A stretch of DNA of 64,000 nt from Lingula anatina (Eukaryota > Animalia > Brachiopoda): assembly GCA_051362555.1 (NCBI GenBank), contig CM120647.1, forward strand, positions 7,688,001-7,752,000, written 5' to 3'. A program made the position numbers and the translations under genes. Under the pieces are notes generated by a model that worked only from the letters and a program-made list of their open reading frames with translations, was not told the origin of the DNA and did no database searches. Position 1 is the stretch's first letter. Every line of letters begins with the position of its first letter. Below are positions 36,763 through 50,800 of this stretch, one piece after another.

Positions 36763-39700
36763 TTTTTATGTACAGACACAGATGTGTCTGTACATATAGC
36801 CATCATCTGCGTCTGTCGTCGCCGTTGCCGTCGCCGTCGTCGCCGTCGCCGTGCACTTTTACCGATAACACGATAAGTGGAAAACTGTTTTTTCTTTTGG
36901 CTTGAAACTTACAGAACTGATGAATATTTGTAATACGCAGGTCAAGTTTGAAAATCAGCATGATCGGGTCACTTATAGGGAATTTATGCTGTTTTTTCAC
37001 TTTTTTCAGCATATATGCAGCACCGATAACACGATAAGTGGAAAACCATTTTACCTTTTGGCTTGAAACTTACAGAACTGATAAATATTCATAATACAGA
37101 GGTTAAGTTCGAAAATCAGCATGATCGGGTCACTTATAGGGAATTTATGCTGTTTTTTCACTTTTTTCAGCATGTATGCAGCACCGATAACACGATAAGT
37201 GGAAAACCATTTTACCTTTTGGCTTGAAACTTACAGAACTGATGAATATACATAATACGCAGGTCAAGTTTGAAAATCAGCGTGATTGGGTCATTTTTAG
37301 TGAATTTAGGCTATTTTTTCTCTTTTTTCAGCATATAAGCAGCACCGATAACACCATAAATGTAAAACCATTTTACCTTTTGGCTTGAAACTTACAGAAC
37401 TAATGAATATTTATAATACGCAGGTAAAGTTCGAAAATCAGCATGATCGGGCCATTTTTAGGGAAGTTATGCTGTTTTTTCACTTCTTTCAACATATATG
37501 CAACGCTAATAACACAATATAAGAAAAACAGATAGGCCAATTGTCATTATACTCACAGGAGTAGTCAGACTAACTAAAATGCAGGTTGAGTTCCAAAATC
37601 AGCATAAACGGGCCATTCTTTTAGAAGTTCTGCTGTTTTTTCACATTTCCTCAGATTTAATTGTTAGGCATGTTAACAGTCTCATTATTGAACTAATAAG
37701 ATACGTAAAAGTGTTTGTTTGACATTTCCTGTATCTTAATAACATTGTTAGTTGATTATGTGAAAATGATGGTAAACTTGTTATTGAGTATTATGTTATA
37801 AAGTGTCAAAAATGGAAATAAACAAATATCATTGCAGTTTGTCAGATTCAATCATCTACTATATTCATTATCTCAGAATGGAGGAAATTGGACATTTAAC
37901 ACTGTTCTATTGATATTTTTCCCATCTCATCAATTTTCTTAGTTGATCATATACAAATGGTAGAAAACTGTTTATTTTGTTTTATGTTAAAAAAGTGTTT
38001 TAAAAATGGAAGTAAACCCATTGCAGAACAGTGCTGTCTTGTTTCAGCATATATGCAGCACCGATAACACGATAAGTGGAAAACCATTTTACCTTTTCCC
38101 TTGAAACTTACAAAACTGATGAATATTCATAATACGCAGGTCAAGTTCGAAAATCAGCATGATCGGGTCATTTTTAGGAGAGTTATGCTGTTTTTCACTT
38201 TTTTCACCATATATGCAACACTGATAACATGATAAGTGAAAAATCATTTTACCTTTTGGTTTGAAACTTGCAGAACTTATGAATATTCATATTACGCAGG
38301 TCAAGTTCGAAAATCAGCATGATCGGGTCATTTTTAGGGTAGTTATGCTGTTTTTTCACTTTTTTCAGCATATATGCAGCACCGATAACACGATAAGTGG
38401 AAAACCATTTTACCTTTTGGTTTCAAACTTAACGAACTGATGAATATTCATAATACGCAGGTCAAGTTTGAAAATCAGTATGATTGGGTCATTTTTAGGG
38501 AAGTTATGCTGTTTTTCACTTTTTTCAGCATATATGCAACACTGAAAACATGATAAGTGGAAAACCATTTTACCTTTTGGTTTGAAACTTGCAGAACTAA
38601 TGAATATTCATAATACGCAGGTCAAGTTTGAAAATCAGCATGATCAGGTCATTTTTAGGGAAGTAATGCTGTTTTTTCACTTTTTTTCAGCATGTATGCA
38701 ACACCTTTGTGCTATATGATGGTACTGTATGGATAGCAGTTTTTTAAATTGTCCCTTGGGTGATCACTAATTAAATTAAGGTCTATAAAGTCACTTGCCT
38801 ACTCATTAATTTTCAATTGGCCATTAAATGAGATTACATAAAACACTCCTTGAGATTTCCCTGTAAAGTCCCATAGGTTTAGCTCTCTTAACTGTGTCAC
38901 AAAATTAGGATTTGGTGATAATTGTGCAGATAAATGGTGTTTAACATTGCAAATAAATTTACAACAAAAAGAATGTGTTATGCCAACATGCTATAGATGA
39001 ATAACAGTGGTTTATTTTTCTCAAACTTGTTGGGGTTATTAATATCAAGTTAATACAGCTAGATTAAAAGTTTGAATAGCAGCTTTATTGGAATTTTTTA
39101 CGTTTTATTTAAAATTTTTTTGAAATTATTTTTCAAACACTACATCTTCAAGATGTGATTTTTTACTCCCATCCACCAGAAGTGCTGTGCATTTTCTGTA
39201 TTTTTGTGTATAATTGTTATTTCTTCAGATTTAATTCTTAGGCATGTTAACAGTCTCATTATGGAACTAATAAGATATGTAAAAGTGTTGTTTTGACATT
39301 TTCTGCTTCTTAACAATATTGTTTGTTGATTATAAAAAAATGACGGTAAACCTGTTATAATATTGTGCATTGTGTAATAAAGTATCATAAATGGAAAGGA
39401 ACTCATCATTGCAGTTTGTCAGATTTAATCATTCACTATGTTCAGCATCTGCAAATGGAGCAAATTGGACATTGAAAATTGTTTTATTGATATTTTTCCT
39501 ATGTCAACAATTTTCCTAGTTGAACATTTAAAAATGACAGTTTATTGATCATTTTGTTTTAAAAAAGGTGTTGAAAATGGAAAGAAAATCATTTCAGTAC
39601 AGTTATTTCTTGTTTACATTTTGGCATTTTGAAAGTGTGACTCTGAACTGCCATGGCCTTGAAGACCTTCCCAAATCACATTTTCTGAATATTCATGATA

Positions 39701-40082
39701 CTTTTATTTTTTTATAAAAATTTTTGATGGTAATTATGCTGTTAAGTATTATGTTTTATTGCATGAAAGTTGAAGAAAACCCTATTTTGGACACTGCTGC
39801 CAGGATAGTGATTAAGGGAAAACCATGTTACTTACGATACTGAAACTTACTGAAAAGTTTCATAAGACAGAAGTGCGCAGCTTGTGTTTGAAAACCAGTG
39901 TGATTGTTTTCTGTTTTGGAGGCAATGCAGGTTTATAGAGTGCTATACTGGCATTTTCAAGTTGTGACTTATCACTCCCATCTGCCAGTAGCCCTGTACT
40001 CTTACTTTGTAACATTTTCTGTATTTTGTTAAGTTACAAGAATGATTCTTAGGATTGACATACAGCCAAAAAAAAAAAAAAA

Positions 40083-40147
<65 letters not shown>

Positions 40148-40666
40148 TAGATAGATAGATAGATATTTTTTTAATGAGTTTAAGCAATTTTTTTTTGTGT
40201 GTAATTTTCACTGTACCTCATTCTGGCATTTCCAAAGTTTAACTCCTATCAGCCTGACACCTTAGGGACTATTTCCAGACCCTATCACGCTAACTGTGGA
40301 TCGATCTATCTCCATGGGAATTCTTGCTAAATTGCAATCAATGTAAGTGGCTTAGTTGTCTGTCACGCCTACTGAAACTGGCATGCCAGAATCCTAAGAC
40401 TCTCAAACTGAAAGCAATTTATTGAGAAACCCCTTGGAGTTGGATTGATCCTGTTAGATTGATCTAGGTATGGGAACTTAGTCTAATGCTTGATACACAT
40501 TTTACTTTCATCCTAATCCAATGTTATGCAGAATAAGAATTTGATGTTGGCTATGCAGTTACAGTAAGCATAATACATTAGTTTATCAGAATTGACAGTA
40601 TCCTATTTCCTGCGTTTTTATTTTCTGGTTTTTGTCTGTACATTTGACAGCTTTGCTGCCTTGTTT
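36763..40666 (+). mobile_element. ~3.9-kb non-autonomous Helentron-like element carrying a ~160-bp satellite array
   Basis: 5' hairpin ATGTACAGACA..TGTCTGTACAT, (GTCGCC)n microsatellite, unit ACCGATAACACGATAAGTGGAAAA at ~36861, 37023, 37183, 37344, 38060, 38219, 38380, 38540; 3' subTIR TGTCTGTACAT (40633) with hairpin GACAGC-TTT-GCTGCC and TTGTTT end. Confidence 0.72.
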
Positions 40667-41326
40667 ATGCAAAGTGCTCAGCAATGTGATGATAAAAATT
40701 TTAAATTTCATGAAAACTAGATAACTGTATCAAAATTGCCCATCATATTTATTTGATCCGGAATTGTTATTTATGTGATGTGAAATAAATATATGACATG
40801 AAAAATGAAAACATTCTTTGACTCTCTCTATTTACCAACGCAATAATAAACAAAAATTGAAAGAAAAACCTTAAGGTATACACGCTTTTCCCTGACCTTC
40901 AATTTGTAATACCATGCAACAATGACCATGACTTCAAAATGTGTATTCTTTAATGAAACCCAGGAAACTGTTACATCTTAATGGGATAGCAACTCTTCGT
41001 AAGAGATCCATGTCACATAAATGCATAGTAAATGACAGAAATATAATAAATTATCTTTTTACCACCAAAACAGCAGTTTTCACAACTATTGTGAAATCTT
41101 TTCTTGCCATCAGACCATGTGATCTCCATAGACTGCTACCTGCTGTAATAATCTCTTAAGTCGAATTTAATTATCTCTTCAGAGATTATTGCAAAAAAAA
41201 AATTAACATTTTAGAAAAAACAGGGACTAACTTTGAATGTCAGAATGGATTCGTTAACCAGTGGTTAGTTTGGGATGATTCTTATTTTAGGCTTTCAATT
41301 CCACCTGTGGTTTAAGCAAAACACCT

Positions 41327-41536
41327 AGGCCCAGTCTAATAAAGGACTTTAAGCACTAACCAGCCGGGTAGTTAATAGACGTTTAAATATTTTGTCCAGT
41401 TAAACACTGGCCACTTAACTCACAGGCTGTTTAAAAACTGTTTATGAAACACATTTTTAACTATTGTTTAGTAAACAGGTGTTAGGAGAATTTATCCAGT
41501 GGTTAGTGCTAAAAGTCCTTTATGAAACTGGGCCCT
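41327..41536. mobile_element. MITE with AGGCCCAGT/ACTGGGCCCT termini
   Basis: GGCCCAGTCTAATAAAGGACTTT-AAGCACTAACCA vs TGGTTAGTGCTAAAAGTCCTTTATGAAACTGGGCC; similar short element at 48318-48457. Confidence 0.7.
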
Positions 41537-41805
41537 GTATGTTAACCAGGCTTGGAAGAATCCTGGGCTAAAAAAGGAAGTCTCTTCAAACCCAAACATG
41601 CCCTTTTGTTTTTTTTTTTTTCAAAAAAAAAAAAAAAAAGTTATCATTATGAGCAATAAATGTTTCAATTAAGAGACAAAATATGCTGCCTCTTTCACAA
41701 CGTGTATTGTTACTGTAACAGAAATAAACAAAAATTCTTGCTGAAAAAGGAGTGTGGTGTGTCGTCATGGCAACATAACATTGTCCAGCTAGTTTTCTAG
41801 TATTT

Positions 41806-44800
41806 TCATGAATCATTTACATCGAAGGGCATTTTTCTCCAGACGTGTATTGCTTTTGCAGTGTCTGCTGAATCATTCTTTAACCTTGCAAATGTCACGC
41901 ATCCTTTCCCGAGAATTTGTTCAGAAGACGTGTTGTCTAAGTGGTAAATCTGAAATATCAAAAGCATATTTATTAAATTTAGTAACACGCCTGGGTTCCC
42001 ATGCCTAAATCGATCCAGCAGGATCAGTCTAGGTCTATGGGGATTCATGCTAAATTCCAACCAACTTCAGCAGTTTTAATGTGTGTCATGCCTACCATAT
42101 CAGCTAGGGGTAATTAACTTTCGTGAAACTTATTTTCTCCTTATGTAAAACTTCAATCTGTTCATATCCCATGAAAGAATTGGGGAGGGTGGGGGGGTTG
42201 ACAAAATAAATTTTACTTTTTTGATGTTACTGTCAAGTACATACATGGCAAAAAAAAAACAATAATAATAAATAAAAAATAAAATAAGTCACTGCCTAAC
42301 ATTTAAAAGCATTATTTGATTTTGTATGTTTTTTTAAAAATCCATGCATTACACAGCCATGAGACTGCCATCACTAGTGCACCCGACTTGGTCTTATAGT
42401 GCAATTTCTGATCACAAACAATCTTACATGGTCTTAAACCATAAGTTATACCATTACCGGACCGAATTCCAATTAAATTGTAATGCAATTGTCTCTTCTC
42501 ACATGTTCTCCTATTGTGAACAGAGGTGTCCTCCACTGAGAGGGGAGGAAGTCACTTGACCACTTATGTAGATGTTAGATCATTTTTGATCTTAAAAGCA
42601 GACTCAGTCCAGCTTAAAGGAATATAACTCTTCGTATAAGATCGATATTTCACAATAAAAACATTGTGAACAACTCATAAAAATATAATATATTCTGTTG
42701 TACCACAATAAAGGCAGTTAAAGCTGTTATTCTGATATCTGAGCTTGTCTTTAGACCACATGACCTCCATTGATGGCTATACTCTGTTATAATCTCTTAA
42801 GAGATTTTAACAAAAAAAAAAAAAAACTTTTTAGAAAAAAAACAGGGACTAACTTTGAATGTAAATATGGATTCATTAACCACTGGTAAGTATGGGAAAA
42901 TTGTTGTTTACTCCAGGAAAATTCATTTTTTGGCCAAAACGAAGAGTTATTATCCCTTTAAGACTAGTGTGGTAATGATTAGGATCATGTAAGATCATTT
43001 GTGATCTAAAATTGCACTCTATTATTATTAAGACAAAATCAAGTGCACTAGTGCATTTAGTGCAAAAGTCTGAAAATATGACCTGAGGTCTAAGGGACCA
43101 TACAGAGCAATGATATTTTGGCTCCCAAAAAATCGGAAATCCTCCGATAGTCAGAAAAATCTCATCCTTCTAAATTATATCTTCTTCTGAATCAATGAGC
43201 ATTTCCATTAAATTTTATCCAATAGTGCCCTTACTTATTTAAACAAAATTTGTCTCATATCTGGTACTGTCATGCTGTACAAGTAAAATCACGTTAACTC
43301 TCTTCAAAAGGGTCTTATTGAATAATAACTGAAAAGGCAAAAAATTTTTTTTCTCTCTTCAAATATAACTCACTTTTTTCCACCATCTTTACATAAAAAT
43401 CTCATTCCCTTCAAAACTAATGCACCTTCATGAAAAGAAGCTTAATTAATATTCAATTTTATACCTGCATTCAAAAACTCAAAAGACACTGAAAAAACCC
43501 ACCTGTTTTCTGACATATTCCACCATGGAAGCTAAGTGTTCTGGTTCTTTAGGTTTAACATGAAACACATGCCTCCATATTGCCCCCGCCAGGCACTTGT
43601 CATCACTCAACATACCCTGAAAAGGGCATGATAATATTTTACAGGGGCAGATCCAGAGATTTTTTCTAACAGCCTTCAAAAGTATCTTAAAGTTCAAGTG
43701 GGTAAGCCATATTTAATTTGCAGATCTGTTAGTTCACTGTTCTAAATGCGCACATCGTTATTCTATGGACTGTTATCCTGATGACAGCCGGCTTTTTCAA
43801 CAATATCAGAGTCCAAGAAGCAAGCAGTACTTCTTAGTAGTCTGAGAAACATCGCTACATTCAGTCCATATGAGAACAATTATATGTAGTGGATGGTGTT
43901 ATCCATAGGACAACACTATTCGGTGTTGATGTCAGATGAAACTGGGTGCAGTATTTCTTTTTTTTTATTACATTTACCTCGTCCATCCCTAGCAACATGT
44001 GCTGAAACAGGCCCCAGAAGTGTTCCTTGGCTTCATCCCTCTCTGCCAAGGTAATTATCTCTCTCTGAAATGTATTGGTCAATATTTTCAATACCACTAC
44101 GACTGGGTTCCCATGCCTAGATCGATCTAACTGGATCAACCCATCTCCAAGGGGTTTCCGCTAAATTGTTAGTTATATGTCTGGCACATCAACTGAAGCT
44201 GCCAAACTATAGTTAATTACCCTCTAACAGCTTCAGTGGGCGTGCGAGACATCTAAGCCACAGAAGTTGATAGCAATTTAGTAAGAACCCCCTTGGAGAT
44301 AGATCGATTCAAAGTTAGTACCATAGTCTCTGGGAACGGCCTCTGAGCGCATTCAGAACGGACGATCTGCAGAATAACTGATTGGCAGACTAAACATGGC
44401 CAACCCCAGTTCAAAAGCAATGCTGCTAATTCCATGATGGCCTAGCTCCTCACACGCACCATTTTACATGTTAAATCTCAGCTCTGAGGTTTAATTGCTA
44501 GGTCCCTGCAGTGACGGAGCATGTGGAGGCGGAGAGAGACTATTACGGAATATGTGGCATTGCTTTAAAAGTGGGGTCGGCCATTTTTAGTCGACAGATC
44601 AGTTAGTCTCTGTTCTGAATGCATCCTATTTTAATAAATCATGGAGAAATGGGAATGAACCACCCTACTAGCTTGAACTGTACATTATTTCCAACTCATG
44701 CAACTTTTTCTTAATAATGAAAATTAAGTTTTTATTTTGCTTTGAAAATGTTTAATTTATTTCTAAAATTATATTATTATTTTGACTAAAACAAGTTAAA

Positions 44801-47800
44801 TTTTTTCTAACGCATAAAATGAACCTTTTATCTCAAATATCTAAATTCATGCAACTGTGACTATAAGTTCATTGATTTGCATGACTAAGGGTATTCAAAA
44901 CATGAAAACTAATGAAGTTGAACAGCAGTACAGTACTTTTTACAGAACAAAAAAAAAAATAATAATAATAACAATGACAAAACTCCAACTTACACCTAAA
45001 GCTTTCAGTCTATTTTCCACATCCTCCATGAAGAGTTCACCAAAGTTCTCTTTGTATGTCTTGACATTATAATTGAGATCTTCTCCTGGACGATTTATTC
45101 GGACTGCCAATAGCCTGGAAAAAGCATAAAATATTTCACACTTTCACCAACACAAATGTCATGTCACAAGAACCAGTATGTCATGTCATGTCATGTAATG
45201 TTGTGTCATGTCACAACAACCAGTATGCCATGTCATGTAATGTCATGACGTCATAACAACCAGTATGTCATGTCATATAATGCAATGTTTCCCCTGCACT
45301 TAAATGAGCGAGGCGCCCGCCTCGATGATATTTGCAAGCGCCTCGCTGAAATTTGTCAAAAGCACCGCCTCGCTGGACTATATGGAACAACAAAGTATAT
45401 TTTCACTCATGCTAACTGAAAATTATATTTATTTCTAAGCAAATATGGCATTTTCTGTTTACATACGTAATCCCATGCTTCTGAGCACTTGATTTAGTAG
45501 TAACGGAAAGACGCATGCGCGTATGCCTAAAAATAACCAGCAGTTACTATCTCCCTGTGAGTGCCTCGTTTTCGCAGTTCTGTGCCTTATTTGAAGTATA
45601 AGAAACAGAACGAAACGAGGCAACTGTTCTTGACACCATTTAATCACGTGTCAAGAATACACTTTCTCTATCACTTCATGTTCCGAAATTCAGACCGCCT
45701 GTTGTTTGTTTTTATAGTTTACGAATATTCACTGATAAAAAAGGAGCAAATAAAATGGACTTCGTTGATTTTATAAACTTGGAGAAGATTTTCTATTGAT
45801 TTACGGGTGAGTTTTGTGAAAGCAGTAGCGTTGTAAAACTGGGTCACGTCAGTATTTCGCGTGGAAACCTATGCATTGTATATGAATTTCCATGACTGAA
45901 TAGAACCATATAAATGAATAAACGAAGAACTAAAATTGATGATAAGTGTGATTTTCATCTCTTTAATTCCGAAGAATTCATTTAACGGTGTTTGAAGTTG
46001 ATTATAAATTACATCTCAAACTACGTATAACTAGTAGCGGGAGTCGCTTTGCGCTGAACGACAAGAGAGAGAACTTTTGCGGCAGTTTTATATTAGGATG
46101 AAGCGCTCCCACACGCAAAGTCAATTGACCAGTTACTTTCGCAAGAATGTGAAAACGGTAAAAACAACATATTTTATTAACTTTTTGGTCAATTTAAAAA
46201 TAATTCAATGTAGTAAGCCCTTTTTCTCGTTTCTTGTAAGTATTAAATTAGTTAACTTTTTTTTTTTTGAAAGTATTAACTTTTTTTTTTTTTTGAAAGA
46301 GTATGTTCTATAAACTGAAAAGGACTAAACATAGTGAATGCACAGACTGGAAAATAAATTTTGTCCAAACCTTTGTTATGTCATTACTGAATTTACTCCT
46401 CAAAACATCTAAAACAAGACAATTCAGTGCCACATAAAATGTAAAAAAATCAGTTCTAAATACCCTAAAATGCACCAAATTGCACCTCGATTTAAAAAAT
46501 TTTCCGGGGGGGCATGCCCCCGGACCCCCCTAGTATTGCTGGGATCGCGGACTGCCTACCACCTCGCAGAGCTTGAAAGCCAGGGGAAACACTGTAATGT
46601 CATGCCACAACCACCATAATTGTCATGTGACAGTGACACACAGAGTCACAATGTGTAATGTGTCAAAACTGCAAAACTGTCAAGTCAAGAGGAAAGCTAT
46701 TGCCATGCCACAGCTTAAATGCATGTCATGGTCACAACCGATACACAGGTCAGAACACAACAAATATAATTTCACAGCTGTCATGTTCAAACTGGCATTT
46801 TGTCATGTCAAAACTATAATGTCAATAGTAATGCAATCATCATGCAACAACTGACACTGTGACAATAAGTCACATTTGCCACAACTGACACAATAGTTCA
46901 ACATGTCATGCCTGAACTGACACAATGGTCACATCATGCCACAACTGACACAATGGTCACATCATGCCATAACTGACACAATGGTCACATATCATGCCAC
47001 ACCTAACAAAATGGTCACATGTCATGCCACAACTGACACAAATTCAATGGTCACATTTGTCATGCCACAAATGACACAATGGTCACATGTCATGCCACAA
47101 CTGACACAATTATCATGGCACTACTGATACATACGTCATGGCACAACCGACAAATGCAACTGTTACAGTACCTGTCATGCCACAACTGTGATTTGATAAC
47201 TGACAAATCATCTACTGTGTTTTCTGTCTCTTGCCATTTTAAACATTTAAGGGATTACTCATTGCATTCAAACATCATTTCAACAAAATATTAAGGTTTT
47301 CTTGTTTCAAAATATGCAATGCTTCACATCAGAAAAACATTTCAATTTTATGGCTTAGAATTATACAATTTGATGCAGTAAAATATGATAACTAGCAACA
47401 TATTTAAACATTTTAACACTGTCGCTTGACTGATTTTCAACCTACTGAATTTTAAACTTTCTGAGATACTTAAAGGGACAATAACTCTTCGTATGAAATC
47501 TATATTTCACAATAAAAACATTGTGAATAACTCACAGAAATATAATATATTCTGTTTTACGACGAAAACAGCAGTTGTAGCTATTATTCTGATATCTGAG
47601 CTTGTCTTCAGATCACGTGACCTCCATTGATGGCTATACTCTGTTATAATCTCTTAAGAGATTTTAACAAAAAACCAAACTTTTTAGAAAAAAACCAGGG
47701 ACTAACTTTGAATGTAAAAATGGATTCATTAACCATTGGTAAGTATGGGAAAATTGTTGTTTACTCCAGGAAAATTCATTTTTGGCCAAAACGAAGAGTT

Positions 47801-50800
47801 ATTAACCCTTTAAAAAAATGCAGCTGATTGCCAACCTTCACCTACCACATGTGCAGCATTGTGAGAGTTGCCCAGGTCTCGAATGAATCTTCCAGGTCAA
47901 ATTCTGAAAGCAAAAAGTGAATCCAAAATCTTTCTGAGGCTGCTTTCTATGACTTTTAGAGTGCATTCCCAGAGATTTATATCGATCCGTCCGAATCGAC
48001 CAAACTCCCTAGGGGTTCATGCTAAATTGCAGTCAGCTGAGCGCGTAGGACAGTTAATTATCCCCTTACAGCTTTTAGTAGGCGGGACAGACGCTTAAGC
48101 CGTCTAAGCTGACAGTAATCTAGTGAGACTCCCCACAGGGATAGATCGATGTAAAATCTATGGGAATGGGGTCTTAGCCTGTTACGAAATTAAACGGTGA
48201 AAAAATGAACACAGTGTGAGATGCAAACACTGGTCTCACGGTAAAAATAAAGTTATTTTTCTTCAATCAACAGCTTAATATTATAATAGTTTACTTCCAA
48301 TACAGTTTGAATCGAAGGCCCCATTTAGAATAGGGTACTAACTAGTCAGAGGGTCAAATATTCTGTATCTATTCAGGGTCTATTGGCAGATTACAAGGCA
48401 AGCTTTGTAGTGGGTCACCATATTTGACTAGTTAGTCCCCTATTCTGACTGGAGCCTAACCAAACATCTTCATACATCTCACAGTACATTTGAAAATGAC
48501 TCATTAAAAAAAAATTAATTTAAATGTTAAAATGTCAAATTGCAGGTCCCAGTAACTGCTCTGGGACTGCTCTGTGTCAGTGACTCCTTAGGGCCTGTTC
48601 CCAATGAAAGCAAATTGTTCTGGATCCAACTCTGTGGGGGTCTCTCGCCGATTGCAATCAGTTTAACAGATTAACGCATTTCCTGTGACTACCAACATAT
48701 TCATATAATCACCAGCTTACTGTATTCTACTCAATGCCTGCAGGAGACATGACAATCTGTGAAACTGATTGCTTTCAGCGAGATTCCCCATGGAATTGGA
48801 TCAATCTACGTACTAGACAGATAGTTTCAATGGGAATAAGCCCTTAGTAGAGAGGGACATACCCTGTAAGAAATCTTCATATTCCCATAGCTCAGCACAG
48901 CAAGAGTACGCCCTCAACATGACCTTCTGAAACACCAAAAATTTAATGCCAATACAAATATTGATAGCTGATTTAGTGAGTTTAATTTTCACTTAAATCT
49001 GTGTTTTATTCTTTTTTTATCACAAATTTCAACACTAATTTATCCATAAAATAATTAACACGAGTTGTGTAAAAATATAAATAAAAAGGTACAACTTTTC
49101 CCAAGATAAGTTAAACAGGAAGTGGTTGATATATGTGCTTTAAAAAAGTAAAAAAAAGTGTGTTTTTGTAATAATCTCTTAAGGGATCTTATTAAGGAGG
49201 GTAGACATCTTTGTAGGTCCATATGGTTGGATGGCAAGCATACACTTCAGATTTGTTGAAATAAACATCGTTTTAGTGGTAAAATGAAATTTATTATATT
49301 TGAATGTTTTGTGTACAATGTCTTAATTAGGGAACTTTGAATCTCATATGAACAGTTGTTAAATCTTTAATAATATTTTTAAAACATGAATCATCTCCTT
49401 ACCTTGATATCTGACCTATCTAACAGTTTATGAACACCTGTAAACTGTACAATTGTGTTTCTTTCAGTAATTGGAGTGACTATGATTCTGAATTCTTGTG
49501 GCACCACAGTCGTTGAACTTTTATATCTCTGAAAAAAAAATGTTTTTATAAAGAAGGACACTTAACCATAGTCTTCAATACAACATATGAATATTTAACA
49601 TGTATCCAAGTACAAAACCAGTGCTAGTATATTTTCCACTTAACAAAAGTATATTTCACAGATACCTAAGAAAATCTGAGGTATGGCTGCCTCAAAACTT
49701 CATACAGAAGTAACTCAATATATTTTCTTGTATGTAGATGCCATTTTTGGGGGAGGGGTGGGCACTGGGCCCAGCTGGAGGGCAGAGATCGCACTCTGAC
49801 TTAGCTTTACATCCATATTTATTTTGCACCACAAACATTCACACAAAAAAAAAAAAATAATAAAATAAAATTTATAACGACTGTTCTGTCTTTTGATCCC
49901 AGTAGTGGCAAGCTTACTGTATCAGCTAGAAAGTTAAATAGATGAAAACTTCAAACTTAGAAATAAAAATTCCACATTATATCACCTTTACATAACTACA
50001 CTTTAAAAAAACTATAAGAATGAAAAGGTTTTTTAAAACATTGTAGCCAAAAGGTTGAAATTGTACAGATAAATGAGTTTGAATAAATAAATAAATAAAT
50101 AAAAACATGATTACAGTACTAGTAACACTGAAAGAAATTTTCATTATATAGTACTACTGGTAATTAGATATACAAAAACTGAATTTTACTTTTTTTCTGT
50201 ATTTCATACCTTGGTTGGTAGATATTGTCTAGAACTGCACATGTATCCTCTTAAACTGTTATTTACTGTGTAACTCTGAGGTAGCCGCTTGGTTGTGGTA
50301 GTTGCCATGGCAGCCTGACGTGTTAATAGACACTGTTGACACTTCTGCAGGGTGGACTGGCGAAAAGAGAGAAAAAATTAGTTTGCTCATGAAAGAAAAC
50401 TTGTTTTGCACTACGTGAGCACCTACTGTGCATGTCTGAGTGTACATGCAATATGTATACCCGTTTAAACTTTAAGTAGTTAGAGATACAAATATCAGTC
50501 CATGTACAACTCTTAATGGGGGTGTCTCGATAGTCCAAAGGGTCATTGGTCTGAAAAGTGGTAACATTTTCATCGATTTTTAAATCAAGGGCTCATTGGT
50601 CCTAAGGTTCTATAGTGAACGTTCAGACCAATGAACCTTCGGACTATTGAACCTTCAGCCTACAGCCCCTTCTTTGTAATTAAGTGACATATACCAGGCC
50701 CGTAGCCAGCAATTTCAAAAGGGGTTTTTTATTTTTTTGAAAAAGTGGACCTTTTCTGATAAAAACTTAATGTACCTAGATCAAATTTTACCGAGAGTGG

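Noticed and set aside
36860-38705. Regular ~160-bp repeats as a CRISPR array
   Set aside because: Whole units are repeated with no unique spacers, no cas genes, eukaryotic context; it is a satellite inside a transposon.
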